Assembly: GCA_963558405.1 (NCBI GenBank) | Contig: CAUWGC010000003.1 | Location: forward strand, 1-64,000 | DNA from: an uncultured Clostridia bacterium | Lineage (GTDB): Bacteria; Bacillota; Clostridia; TANB77; CAG-508 | DNA length: 64,000 nt | Direction: 5' to 3' | In this document: in pieces, positions 33,964 to 44,443 of the stretch | How the letters are laid out: each line of letters starts with the position of its first letter | Numbering within the stretch: position 1 is the stretch's first letter | The notes under the pieces: generated by a model | The model's database searches: none | The model's input: only the letters and a program-made list of their open reading frames with translations | What the model was told of the DNA's origin: nothing | Made by a program: the position numbers and the translations under genes

Positions 33964-36900
33964 TTATACTGTTATTTTATTATTATTATTTTCAAATGAA
34001 TTTTCTTTTAAAATAGTTTGTTTTTCAAATTCTTGTTTTTTTAAATTATCTTTTGCAACTGTCATAAGAAGTTTTATTCTATTTGTTTGATTTGTTTCGC
34101 TAGCACCTGGATCATAATCAATCGGAGATATGTTAGCTTCTGGGTACATACTTCTTATTGTTTTTATAACTCCTTTACCTACAACGTGATTTGGTAAACA
34201 AGCAAATGGCTGTACACAAGCTATGTTAGGAATACCATGTTCAATATATTCAATCATTTCTGCGGTTAAAAACCAGCCTTCACCCGTTTGATTTCCTATA
34301 GATAAAACATCTTTTACTTTGCTTTCTAAATGCCAAATATCACAAGGAGGTAAATAGTTCTTTTTTGAATTAGCTAAAGCAATTTTAGTATCTTTTTCTA
34401 ATATATCAATTAATTTAATAGCTAAGCGGAAAATTTTTGATTTTGCTTTATCAGTTTTTATTAAAGTATTAAATGTAATTTTATGTGTTGCCATAAATTT
34501 AACAAATCCCATAAAATCTGGAAGAATAACTTCGGCACCTTCTTCTTCTAATTTATTAGCTATAAAGTTATTTCCAAAAGGATGATATTTAATTAATACT
34601 TCTCCTACAATTCCAATTTTTGGTTTTTGAACAGTTGTATCTAATTCTATTTTTTCAAAATCATCTACAATATCATATATACTTTTTTTAAATTCTTTTA
34701 TAGTAGATTTTTGTATTAAATTTTTACATTTTTCTAACCATTGCTCAAATAATTTTTCAGTTTCACCTTTATTAATTTCATAAGCTCTATTTTTGGTAAG
34801 CATTTTTTGTAATAAATCTGCATATATAACACACTTTAATAATTTTTCCATTAATGGTACGGTTAATTTAAAACCAGGCATTTTTTCCATACCTACAACA
34901 TTAAACGAAATAACGGGTACTTGAGGAAAACCAGCATCTTTTAATGCTTTACGTATAAATCCAATATAATTTGTAGCACGGCAACCTCCACCAGTTTGTG
35001 ACATAATAAGTGCAGTTTTATTAGGGTCATATTTTCCAGATTCTAGTGCTTCAATCATTTGTCCTGTAACTAAAATTGATGGGTAACATGCATCATTATT
35101 AACATATTTTAATCCTGTTTCTACAGTATTTTCAGTACATTCTCTTAAAAGTTCAATATTATATCCGCAAGATTTTACTGCTGTTTCTAGTAATTCAAAA
35201 TGAATAGGAGCCATTTGAGGCATTAATATTGTATATTCTTTTTTCATTTCTTTGGTAAAAACTTTTTTATTTGCCCCGTAATCTCCAAGAGAAGTAAGGT
35301 TCTCTTTTTTCTCTTTTATTCGCTTGTTCATACTAGCAAGTAGAGAGCGTATACGAATACGAACAGCACCAAGATTATTTATTTCATCTATTTTTATTAA
35401 TGTATACATTTTGTTATAGCTTGTTAAAATTTCTTCTACTTGGTCTGTAGTTACAGCATCTACACCACAGCCAAAAGAATTTAATTGAACTAATTCTAAG
35501 TTATCATGTTTTCCTACAAAATCTGCTGCAGCATAAAGTCTGGCATGGAATACCCACTGATCAACTACTCTTATTGGTCTTTTAGCTTCTGCATTTCCAG
35601 CAACACAATCCTCTGTTAAAACACATAAGCCTAAAGAAGTTATAAGAGTATCAATACCATGATTTACTTCTGGATCTAAATGATATGGTCTTCCTGCTAA
35701 AACAATACCCTTTAAATTATTTTTTTCGATATATTCTACCGTTTCCATTCCTTTTTGATGTATTTCTTTTTTACAATTCTGATATTCTTCTTCAGCTTTT
35801 TTTGCAGCTTCAAGTAATTCTTTTTTAGTAAAGTTATATTCTTTAAAATCTTCTAAATCTAATATAGTTTCTGTTAAGTGTTTTGCGTCAAAAGGTAAGA
35901 ATGGATTAATAAATTTAATTTTATTTCCTTTTAATTCTTCAACATTATTTTTTAATACTTCAGAATATGAAATAACAATAGGACAGTTATATTTATTATC
36001 AGCTTTTTCATATTCTTTTCTAGAATATGGCATACATGGATAAAAAATAGTTTTTACTCCTTGTTCAATTAAGCTAATAATGTGCCCATGAGATAATTTA
36101 GCAGGGAAGCAAACAGATTCAGAAGGCATAGATTCTATACCTTTTTCATAAGTTTTTCTTGTACTTTTTTCTGAAAGAATTACACGAAAACCTAAAGATG
36201 TAAAAAATGTAAACCAAAAAGGATAGTCTTCATACATATTAAGAACTCGTGGAATACCAATAGTTCCTCTTTTGGCAACTTCTTCTGTTAAAGGTGTATA
36301 ATTAAAAATTCTTTCATATTTATATTTTACAAGGTTAGGTAGTTCTGAGTTTCCTGTTACAATACCAGCACCTTTTTCACATCTGTTTCCTGATATATGT
36401 TTATTACCATTGTTAAAACTATTAATTGTTAGTAAACAATGATTTTCACATCCATTACAACGAATATGAGAAGTATTAATAGTTAGTTTATCTAAATCAT
36501 CTTGTTTAAAAATGGTAGAAGTATATTCCATATCTTTATTTGCTTCATATTGCTCTTTAGAAAGTAAGGCAACACCGTAAGCTCCCATTAAACCTGCTAT
36601 ATCTGGACGTATTACATTTTTTCCAACTATCAATTCAAATGCACGAAGGACAGCATCATTATAGAATGTACCACCTTGAACAACAATGTGATCTCCTAAA
36701 GTTTTAACATCTCTTACTTTCATTACTTTTTGAATTGCATTTTTTATAACAGAATAAGATAAACCTGCAGATATATCACCAACAGAGTATCCTTCTTTTT
36801 GAGCTTGTTTAATTCTAGAATTCATAAAAACTGTACAACGAGAACCTAAATCAACAGGTCTTCTTGCATCTAAAGCTTCTTTTACAAATTCTTCTATAGA

Positions 36901-38289
36901 TAGACCTAAACTTTTAGCAAATGTTTCTATAAAAGAACCACAACCAGAAGAGCATGCTTCATTTAACATTATATTGTCAATACTACCATTTTTTATTTTT
37001 ATATATTTCATATCTTGACCGCCAATATCAACAATACTGGTACATTCAGGTAAAAATTCTTTGGCAGCAGTATAATGAGCTATTGTTTCAATTTCATTTA
37101 AGTCTACATTTAAAGCTGTTTGTATTAATTTTTCACCATAACCTGTAACACCACTATATCTAATAATAGCTTCTTTTGGTAATTCTGAATATAGTTTTTT
37201 TAATGCTTTTACAACACTATTTAAAGGACTACCTTCATTACTTCCATAAAGTGAATATAATAATGCTCCTTCTTTATCTATAACAACTAATTTTGTAGTT
37301 GTAGAACCTGCGTCTATTCCGATAAAACAATCACCTTTATAATCTTTTAAATTACCTTTTTTTACAGTATCTTTTAAATGTCTTTTTTTAAAAGCGTCAT
37401 ATTCTTCTGGAATATGAAATAAAGGTTTTAAAGGATTAGTTGTAGTATCTTGTGAAACACGTAATACACCAATTTTAGCTTCTAATTTTGCATTAGACAC
37501 TAAAGTTGATGAAACTGAATCTAGTGCTGCTCCTTTTGCTACTAATAAATGAGCTTCCTCTGGAATAATTATTTGTTCATCAGTTAATTTTAGTGTTTCA
37601 ACAAAACGATTTCTAAGTTCTGATAAATAATTTAGAGGACCACCTAAAAAAGCTACATTTCCACGAATAGGTCTTCCACAAGCAAGACCGCTAATAGTTT
37701 GATTTACTACAGCTTGAAAAATAGAAATAGCAATATCTTCTTTTGCTGCACCTTCATTTAATAGTGGTTGTATATCTGTTTTAGCAAAAACTCCACAACG
37801 AGAAGCAATAGGATAAATGGTTTTATAATTTTTAGCTAGTTCATTTAAACCTTCAGTATCTGTATGTAATAAAGAAGCCATTTGATCAATAAATGCACCA
37901 GTACCTCCCGCACAAGTACCATTCATACGTTGTTCTATAGATTTATCAAAATAAATTATTTTTGCATCTTCTCCACCTAATTCAATAACAACATCAGTTT
38001 GTGGGATATATTTTTCTACTGCTCTTTTACAAGAGACAACCTCTTGAATAAATGGAAGTCCTAAAAAATTAGCAGCAGACATAGCACCAGAACCTGTAAG
38101 TGCTATAGTAAAATTAGTATTTGGGTAATTAGTATTTAATTCTTCTAATACATTGCAAACAGTATTCTTAGTATCAGAAAAATGTCTTCTATAGTCCCTG
38201 TATATGGTTTCTAGAGAGTCATTCATTACTACAATTTTGACTGTAGTAGAACCAACATCTAGTCCAACATGTAATATATTATTATTCAT
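33964..38289 (-). CDS. 2-hydroxyacyl-CoA dehydratase activator-like multidomain protein (two ASKHA activase domains + DUF2229)
   Basis: GLDVGSTTVK and GIDAGSTTTK, MNGTCAGGTG, LNEACSSGCGSF, CFPAKL, SFGCGVD, QPFACLPNH. Confidence 0.88.
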   Translation of the reverse strand: MNNNILHVGLDVGSTTVKIVVMNDSLETIYRDYRRHFSDTKNTVCNVLEELNTNYPNTNFTIALTGSGAMSAANFLGLPFIQEVVSCKRAVEKYIPQTDVVIELGGEDAKIIYFDKSIEQRMNGTCAGGTGAFIDQMASLLHTDTEGLNELAKNYKTIYPIASRCGVFAKTDIQPLLNEGAAKEDIAISIFQAVVNQTISGLACGRPIRGNVAFLGGPLNYLSELRNRFVETLKLTDEQIIIPEEAHLLVAKGAALDSVSSTLVSNAKLEAKIGVLRVSQDTTTNPLKPLFHIPEEYDAFKKRHLKDTVKKGNLKDYKGDCFIGIDAGSTTTKLVVIDKEGALLYSLYGSNEGSPLNSVVKALKKLYSELPKEAIIRYSGVTGYGEKLIQTALNVDLNEIETIAHYTAAKEFLPECTSIVDIGGQDMKYIKIKNGSIDNIMLNEACSSGCGSFIETFAKSLGLSIEEFVKEALDARRPVDLGSRCTVFMNSRIKQAQKEGYSVGDISAGLSYSVIKNAIQKVMKVRDVKTLGDHIVVQGGTFYNDAVLRAFELIVGKNVIRPDIAGLMGAYGVALLSKEQYEANKDMEYTSTIFKQDDLDKLTINTSHIRCNGCENHCLLTINSFNNGNKHISGNRCEKGAGIVTGNSELPNLVKYKYERIFNYTPLTEEVAKRGTIGIPRVLNMYEDYPFWFTFFTSLGFRVILSEKSTRKTYEKGIESMPSESVCFPAKLSHGHIISLIEQGVKTIFYPCMPYSRKEYEKADNKYNCPIVISYSEVLKNNVEELKGNKIKFINPFLPFDAKHLTETILDLEDFKEYNFTKKELLEAAKKAEEEYQNCKKEIHQKGMETVEYIEKNNLKGIVLAGRPYHLDPEVNHGIDTLITSLGLCVLTEDCVAGNAEAKRPIRVVDQWVFHARLYAAADFVGKHDNLELVQLNSFGCGVDAVTTDQVEEILTSYNKMYTLIKIDEINNLGAVRIRIRSLLASMNKRIKEKKENLTSLGDYGANKKVFTKEMKKEYTILMPQMAPIHFELLETAVKSCGYNIELLRECTENTVETGLKYVNNDACYPSILVTGQMIEALESGKYDPNKTALIMSQTGGGCRATNYIGFIRKALKDAGFPQVPVISFNVVGMEKMPGFKLTVPLMEKLLKCVIYADLLQKMLTKNRAYEINKGETEKLFEQWLEKCKNLIQKSTIKEFKKSIYDIVDDFEKIELDTTVQKPKIGIVGEVLIKYHPFGNNFIANKLEEEGAEVILPDFMGFVKFMATHKITFNTLIKTDKAKSKIFRLAIKLIDILEKDTKIALANSKKNYLPPCDIWHLESKVKDVLSIGNQTGEGWFLTAEMIEYIEHGIPNIACVQPFACLPNHVVGKGVIKTIRSMYPEANISPIDYDPGASETNQTNRIKLLMTVAKDNLKKQEFEKQTILKENSFENNNNKITV

Positions 38290-38497
38290 AAAATTCTCCT
38301 CCCAATAGAAGTAAAATGTATACTTCTAACAGTATAATTGTATATGCAAATACCCTATTTGTCAATGTTTAAAAATACCATTGTTTGGATAAAAAAGTAC
38401 ATTTTTTGTAAAAAAATACGATTTTAGTAAAGGTAATAAGATAAAAGGAACTATTGCAACTTTTATCATTATATAGTATTATAAATACGGTGATAAA

Positions 38498-39067
38498 ATG
38501 AGATTAACAAAAGCAAATAAAAAGAAATTAATAACATCAATTGTAACAATAGGCATATTATTAGTAGCAGTTGTATCAGGGACAATAAATAAAGAAGAGT
38601 TATTAGAAATATTAGGGATAGAGCAAGCAAGTACTAATATAATTAATGAAAATACTACAATAAATGAGACTAATTGTGTAGTTGAAAGAGTTGTAGATGG
38701 AGATACTTTTGAAATTATGCTTAATGGAAATAAGGAAAAAGTAAGGTTAATAGGTGTTGATACTCCAGAAAGTGTACATCCAGATAAGAATAAAAATAGT
38801 GAAGAAGGAAAAACAGCATCTAAATATACTAAAGAATTAATAGAAAATAAAAATGTTAAATTAGAATTTGATGTACAGCAAAGAGATAAGTATGGTAGAT
38901 TGCTTGCATATGTTTATCTTGAAGATGGAACAATGTTAAATAAAAAGTTATTAGAAGATGGGTATGCAAAAATAGCTACTTATCCTCCAAATGTAAAATA
39001 TGTAGAAGAGTTTAAACAAATAGAAAGTAAAGCAAGAGAACAAGAAAAAGGTCTATGGCAAAAATAG
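38498..39067 (+). CDS. Thermonuclease (SNase-like), membrane-anchored
   Basis: VVDGDT, VRLIGVDTPE, DKYGRLLAYVY, AR..EKGLW. Confidence 0.92.
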   Translation: MRLTKANKKKLITSIVTIGILLVAVVSGTINKEELLEILGIEQASTNIINENTTINETNCVVERVVDGDTFEIMLNGNKEKVRLIGVDTPESVHPDKNKNSEEGKTASKYTKELIENKNVKLEFDVQQRDKYGRLLAYVYLEDGTMLNKKLLEDGYAKIATYPPNVKYVEEFKQIESKAREQEKGLWQK

Positions 39068-39074
39068 ACCTTTT

Positions 39075-39737
39075 TTAAATATATAAAACATAATGAATTA
39101 TAAACCAATATTGGCATAAGCTACCAAGCATAATGAATATATGAAATATTTCATGAAATCCAAAATAAGGATTTTTTAATTTGGGCCACTTTAAACCATA
39201 TAAAATTGCACCAATTGTATAAAAAATACCACCTGCTAATAACCACCATAAAGAACCTAAAGCATTTAATTTATAAAATATAGTAATCATAGGATAAATA
39301 GCAATAATTACAGTCCAACCCATTGCTAAATAGATTCCTGTTGTAAGCCATCTTGGAGCTTCTAACCAAAAAATTGTAAGAAAAAGTCCAAATATAGCAA
39401 GTCCCCAAACTACACCAAAAATACTCCATCCCCATCCACCTCTTAGAGGTCCTAAGCAAACAGGAGTATAAGTTGCTGCAATTAGAATATAAATCATTAT
39501 ATGGTCTAATTTTCTAAGAACTGTTGTTGCTTTTTTACCTACATTGCAAAGATGGTAAATACTACTTGCTGTGTATAAAAGAATAAGACCTACACCAAAA
39601 ATTGTAAATGAAACAATATCCCAAGCTCCTTCTCCATACATTGCAGAATAAATAATAAGAAAAACAAGTCCTACTATGGAAGCTATTGCTCCTATTAAAT
39701 GAGAAAAACCACTAACTGGATCTTTTATTTTTTTCAT
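39075..39737 (-). CDS. Hemolysin III / PAQR family membrane protein
   Basis: SHLIG, SSIYH, LDHIMIYILIAATYTP, HEIFHIF. Confidence 0.92.
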   Translation of the reverse strand: MKKIKDPVSGFSHLIGAIASIVGLVFLIIYSAMYGEGAWDIVSFTIFGVGLILLYTASSIYHLCNVGKKATTVLRKLDHIMIYILIAATYTPVCLGPLRGGWGWSIFGVVWGLAIFGLFLTIFWLEAPRWLTTGIYLAMGWTVIIAIYPMITIFYKLNALGSLWWLLAGGIFYTIGAILYGLKWPKLKNPYFGFHEIFHIFIMLGSLCQYWFIIHYVLYI

Positions 39738-39905
39738 AAATCTCCTTCCATTTTATAAAAATATATTTTACAGTCTATACTTTAAAAAAATATTTGTCAA
39801 TTGTTTTTACAAAATTTTCCTTTTAAATATATAAATAAAATAATTATGTTCTAAAAAGGACTAGTTATACATAGGATAAACTATAAAGAAAAGGGAGGAA
39901 AGAAT

Positions 39906-40469
39906 ATGAAAAATAAAAAATTAAAAGTAATGTTGATGTTATTATTAATTATAATTGCTGTAGGAATTGCTGTTTATTTTATTTGGGAAAGTAGAACTTC
40001 AAAAGAAGTAATAACAGAATATACACCACAAGAAGAAATAACCCAAGAGGATATGAGACAAACTTTTGTATCATTATATTTTAAAGATAAACAGACAGGA
40101 CAGTTAAAAACAGAATCTAGAGTTATAGATGCAAAAAAACTATTAAAAGAACCTTATAAAGAATTAGTAACAATGTTAATAGAAGGACCAAAAGATGAAG
40201 CATTAGAAGCAGTTATTCCTAAAAATACAAAAATTAATAGTGTAGAATTAAAAAATGGAGTAGTAGAGCTAGACTTATCAAAAGATTTTATTAAAGATGT
40301 TAAAGGAAAAGAAAATGAAGAAATTATAATATATTCAATTGTTAATACTTTAACCGAATTAACAGAGGTAAATGCAGTAAAAATAAAAATAGAAGGAAAA
40401 GAAGGAGAAGAGTTTGAAGATAAAGAAGTAAACTTTGAAAAAAATTTTGTAAGAAATGTTAAAGATTAA
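39906..40469 (+). CDS. GerMN-domain protein
   Basis: N-terminal TM, LYF, LIEGP, IP..TK, IYSIVNTLTE...V.I.IEG. Confidence 0.82.
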   Translation: MKNKKLKVMLMLLLIIIAVGIAVYFIWESRTSKEVITEYTPQEEITQEDMRQTFVSLYFKDKQTGQLKTESRVIDAKKLLKEPYKELVTMLIEGPKDEALEAVIPKNTKINSVELKNGVVELDLSKDFIKDVKGKENEEIIIYSIVNTLTELTEVNAVKIKIEGKEGEEFEDKEVNFEKNFVRNVKD

Positions 40470-40495
40470 TAGGTTAAAAATTGAGATGATTTGCA

Positions 40496-40717
40496 TCATC
40501 TCAATTTTTTGTATAAACGAATACATTCTATCATTTTTCCAGTTGTATATAAAAAATGTTCTACTTCTTGTAAAGAACATAAAGTATTATTTTTAAAATC
40601 ACAAAAGTTTACTTTGTTTTTACAATTAGAAGGAACACATGTATTGTTATAATTATTTATACATTTATTTTGACAACCATATGATGGAGTTATTCTGCTT
40701 TGAAAAATTCTTGGCAT
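40496..40717 (-). CDS. Small Cys-rich hypothetical protein
   Basis: 73-aa ORF with AGGTGA RBS; CDFKNNTLCSLQEVEHFL. Confidence 0.55.
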   Translation of the reverse strand: MPRIFQSRITPSYGCQNKCINNYNNTCVPSNCKNKVNFCDFKNNTLCSLQEVEHFLYTTGKMIECIRLYKKLR

Positions 40718-40786
40718 AAAATCACCTATTCCATTTTTTGTTTTTTTACTATATAATATGTAAAAAAAGGAAAAGTGAGATAGAAA

Positions 40787-41512
40787 ATGGAAAGAATAGA
40801 TGACTTACAATGTAAAGGATATAAAATAATACAAGATACAGAAGGTTTTTGTTTTGGAATGGATAGTGTTTTACTTTCTGACTTTGCTAAAGAAATAAAA
40901 AAGAAAAGTAAAGTTATAGATCTTGGAACAGGTAATGGAATATTAGGAATACTTTTATGTGCCAAAACAGAATTAGAAAAAATAATAGGAATAGAAATTC
41001 AAAAAGAATCATTTGAACTTGCAAATAAAAATATTATTTATAATAATTTAGAAAAAAGATTTGAAGTAATCAATGTAGATGTAAAAGAAATTAGCAAAGT
41101 ATTAGAAAGAGGAATATTTGATGTTGTAGTATCAAATCCACCATACAAAAAGGAAAATAGCGGATTAAAAAATGAAGAAAAAAGAAAAACAATTGCAAGA
41201 CATGAAATAATGGGCTCTTTAGACGATTTTTTAAAAGCTACATCATATTTACTAAAAGATAAAGGGGTATTATATTTAGTACATAGACCAAATCGTTTAG
41301 TAGATATATGTTCTACTTTAAGAAAAAATCACTTAGAACCTAAAAGGATGAAATTTGTATATCCTAAAATAGATAAAGAACCAAATTTAATTTTAATAAA
41401 AGCAGTAAAGAATGCTAAACCAGAATTAAGAATAGAAAAGCCATTAATTGTTTATAAAGAAAATGGAGAATATACTGACGAAATAATGAAAATATATAAT
41501 AAAGGAGACTGA
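40787..41512 (+). CDS. tRNA1(Val) A37 N6-methyltransferase (YabB-like)
   Basis: FCFGMDSVLL, DLGTGNG, NPPY, ARHE; precedes rsmI. Confidence 0.88.
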   Translation: MERIDDLQCKGYKIIQDTEGFCFGMDSVLLSDFAKEIKKKSKVIDLGTGNGILGILLCAKTELEKIIGIEIQKESFELANKNIIYNNLEKRFEVINVDVKEISKVLERGIFDVVVSNPPYKKENSGLKNEEKRKTIARHEIMGSLDDFLKATSYLLKDKGVLYLVHRPNRLVDICSTLRKNHLEPKRMKFVYPKIDKEPNLILIKAVKNAKPELRIEKPLIVYKENGEYTDEIMKIYNKGD

Positions 41513-41518
41513 TAAAAA

Positions 41519-42334
41519 ATGAGTGGAAAATTGTATTTAGTAGCAACTCCAATAGGAAATTTAGAAGATATCACATTAAGAGCAATTAGAATTTTACAAG
41601 AAGTAGATATTATTGCGGCAGAAGATACAAGACATACATTAAAATTATTAAATCATTTAAATATTAGTAAAACATTAATTAGTTATCATCGACACAATGA
41701 AGATATTAAAACAGAATTATTAATTCAAAAACTAAATGAAGGAAATAATATTGCAGTAGTATCAGATGCTGGAACACCAATAATATCAGATCCTGGAGGA
41801 GAAATTGTAAAAGAATGTATAGAAAATCAAATTGAAGTTATTCCTATTCCAGGACCATGTGCATTTATTACTGGGGTAATTGCATCAGGATTAAATAGTA
41901 AAGAATTTACTTTTATAGGATTTTTACCATTAAATAAAAAAACAAGAAAAGAAAAATTAAAAGAAATTAAAGATAGTAGTTATACAGTTATTTTATATGA
42001 AGCACCACATAAATTACAAACAACATTAAAAGATTTAGAAGATATTTTGGAAAATAGAAAAATTGTAGTTGCAAAAGAATTAACTAAAATACATGAAACA
42101 TATTATAGAGGAACAGTAAAGCAAGTAATAGAAATGATTAAAGAACCTAAAGGCGAATATGTTATTATGATTGATGCAAAAGAAAAAAATATAAAAGAAG
42201 ATATAACACTATTATCAGTAGAAGAACAATATAAAATTTATGAAAGTCAAGGTATGGATAAAAAAGAAATTATTAAACAGATTGCAAAAAATAAGCAAGT
42301 ACCAAAAAATGAGATTTATCAAAAATTTATATAA
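41519..42334 (+). CDS. rsmI: 16S rRNA C1402 2'-O-methyltransferase
   Basis: LYLVATPIGNLEDIT, AEDTR, SDAGTP.ISDPG, ELTKIHE. Confidence 0.96.
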   Translation: MSGKLYLVATPIGNLEDITLRAIRILQEVDIIAAEDTRHTLKLLNHLNISKTLISYHRHNEDIKTELLIQKLNEGNNIAVVSDAGTPIISDPGGEIVKECIENQIEVIPIPGPCAFITGVIASGLNSKEFTFIGFLPLNKKTRKEKLKEIKDSSYTVILYEAPHKLQTTLKDLEDILENRKIVVAKELTKIHETYYRGTVKQVIEMIKEPKGEYVIMIDAKEKNIKEDITLLSVEEQYKIYESQGMDKKEIIKQIAKNKQVPKNEIYQKFI

Positions 42335-42379
42335 TAACATAAAGCTATACATTTTTTTAATGTATAGCTTTATGTTATT
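42334..42379. terminator. Bidirectional terminator (rsmI / abrB)
   Basis: ATAACATAAAGCTATACAT-loop-ATGTATAGCTTTATGTTAT. Confidence 0.8.
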
Positions 42380-42382
42380 ATT

Positions 42383-42634
42383 TTATTCTTCACTTAAAGA
42401 AGAAATGATTTTAGAACATTTTGTGCAAACCAACTTATCTTTATATTGAATTAGATTTTTTGAGTTACCACAAAAAATGCAATTTGGTTCATATTTTTTC
42501 AAAATTATAGAAGAGCCATCTACATAAATTTCTATAGGATCTTTTTCAGAAATATTAAATTTATTTCTAAGTTCAATTGGAATTACTATACGACCTAATT
42601 CATCTACTCTTCTAACAATTCCTGTTGATTTCAT
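42383..42634 (-). CDS. abrB: Transition-state regulator AbrB
   Basis: MKSTGIVRRVDELGRIVIPIELR; convergent with rsmI as in Bacillus. Confidence 0.95.
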   Translation of the reverse strand: MKSTGIVRRVDELGRIVIPIELRNKFNISEKDPIEIYVDGSSIILKKYEPNCIFCGNSKNLIQYKDKLVCTKCSKIISSLSEE

Positions 42635-42667
42635 AAAAAAACCTCCTCGTTAAGTCAAACAACATAA

Positions 42668-42674
42668 TTCGACA
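42668..42674 (-). promoter_or_regulatory. Spo0A box in the abrB leader
   Basis: TGTCGAA downstream of a TTGACC/TATTAT promoter, as for B. subtilis abrB; another box at 42857-42863. Confidence 0.7.
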
Positions 42675-42938
42675 AAATCTACAATTAAATAATAACACAG
42701 ATTTTATTGAGAGGTCAACAAAAAAGAGTAAAAAACTTTTTTCCTATTTTTTCCTAACAGTAAAATAAAATTAAAAAAGCATTGATACTATAGAGGTTTG
42801 AGAGTATCTTTTTTTAAGAATTAAATTTTTAGAAAATCTAAAAGAATTAGACAAAATTCGACAAATATAAAAAAAGTAATATAAAAATATAAAAAAGAAT
42901 ATTATTAAAAAGAAATAAAATAAAAGGAAAAAAAGAAT

Positions 42939-43514
42939 ATGTTAAATAAGATTTGGCCATTTTTTATAATAATTGCATTTATTTATGGAATTTTTTCGGG
43001 AAGAGTAGAGGAGATAAATAGTTCTATTTTTGCATCTGCATCTAGTGCAGTGGAATTGACACTTACTTTTTTAGGTACTATTTGTTTATGGAATGGAATT
43101 ATGGAAATAGCAAGTAATACATCTTTGATAGAAAGATTAACAAGATTTTTAAGACCAATAATGAAATTATTATTTCCAGATATAAATAAAGAAAGTCCGG
43201 TTTATAAAGAAATTTCGATGAATATTATTGCTAATATGCTGGGTTTAGGGAATGCAGCAACACCATTAGGGTTAAAAGCTATGAATTCTCTTCAGAAAGA
43301 AAATGCAGATAAAGAAACTTTAAGTAATTCTATGGCAATGTTTATAGTTTTAAATACCGCATCATTACAATTAATACCTACTACAGTAATAGCAATTCGT
43401 ACTTCGTTAAATTCTGGAAATCCTACAGCAATTATTTTCCCAGTTTGGATTTCCACATTAGTTGCATTGTCTGCAGGAATTATATCAAGTAAAATTGCTA
43501 TAAAATATTTTTAA
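42939..43514 (+). CDS. spmA: Spore maturation protein A
   Basis: MLNKIW, ANMLGLGNAATPLGLKAM, NTASLQLIPTT. Confidence 0.95.
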   Translation: MLNKIWPFFIIIAFIYGIFSGRVEEINSSIFASASSAVELTLTFLGTICLWNGIMEIASNTSLIERLTRFLRPIMKLLFPDINKESPVYKEISMNIIANMLGLGNAATPLGLKAMNSLQKENADKETLSNSMAMFIVLNTASLQLIPTTVIAIRTSLNSGNPTAIIFPVWISTLVALSAGIISSKIAIKYF

Positions 43515-43530
43515 AGAAAGGAATAATATA

Positions 43531-44058
43531 ATGAAAATAGTAAATTATATTTCAGCATCAGCAATTCCTATGGTAATACTTATTATTATATTTTACGGTG
43601 TAAAAGAAAAGAAAAAAGTATTTGATATATTTTTAAAAGGGGCTAAAGATGGTATAGAAATGGTTATAAAAATGTTTCCAACCTTATTAGGATTATTTAT
43701 AGCTGTTGGAGCATTAAGGAGTTCTGGAGTAATAGAACTAATAACAAATATAATTAGCCCAATTATTAGTATTCTTAAAATTCCAGCAGAAATTATGCCT
43801 CTAGCTATGTTAAGACCTATTTCTGGAAGTGCATCTATGGCAGTGGCAACGGATATTCTAAGTAAATATGGAGTTGATAGTAGTATAGGAATGATAGCAT
43901 CTACTATTATGGGTTCAACAGAAACTACTTTATATACAATTGCAATTTATACAAGCTGTGTAGGAATAAAAAAAATACGATTTGTACTAGTTACTGCACT
44001 TATTGCAGATATTGTTGGAATGCTTACTTCTGTAATAATTTGGAATATTTTGTCGTAA
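43531..44058 (+). CDS. spmB: Spore maturation protein B
   Basis: F..GAKDG, RPISGS, GSTETTLY. Confidence 0.95.
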   Translation: MKIVNYISASAIPMVILIIIFYGVKEKKKVFDIFLKGAKDGIEMVIKMFPTLLGLFIAVGALRSSGVIELITNIISPIISILKIPAEIMPLAMLRPISGSASMAVATDILSKYGVDSSIGMIASTIMGSTETTLYTIAIYTSCVGIKKIRFVLVTALIADIVGMLTSVIIWNILS

Positions 44059-44127
44059 ACTTTTAATTGACATTTATTGTAAAAAGTAGTAATATAAAAA
44101 AGAAGATAAAACTACAAAGGAGTAGAC

Positions 44128-44226
44128 ATGTTAAATCTTATTTATTTTATTCTAATATTTTTTATAATTCGTAAATTTATTCAAAAAATTTTCAAAAAAC
44201 AAATCCTCAAAAAAATTAACAAATAA
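44128..44226 (+). CDS. Putative 32-aa membrane peptide
   Basis: AAGGAG RBS, MLNLIYFILIFFIIRKFIQKIFKKQILKKINK; upstream TTGACA-17-TAATAT at 44067-44095. Confidence 0.45.
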   Translation: MLNLIYFILIFFIIRKFIQKIFKKQILKKINK

Positions 44227-44443
44227 TCATTTTAATAATGTTACAAAAATCAAAATTAGTTTTTATTTTTGTAGAGGAAATTTTATTCTTATTTCAAATT
44301 GAATAGACCCCCATTCCTTTTTTATGAAATAATATTCGTAAGGCTCCCTAATTTTTACGGATCTTTTCCTCTACAGACCCCTATACAAAAAAGAAGAAAA
44401 TATCCACCTATTTTTAATAGTAAGTTATTTTCTTCTTTTAATC

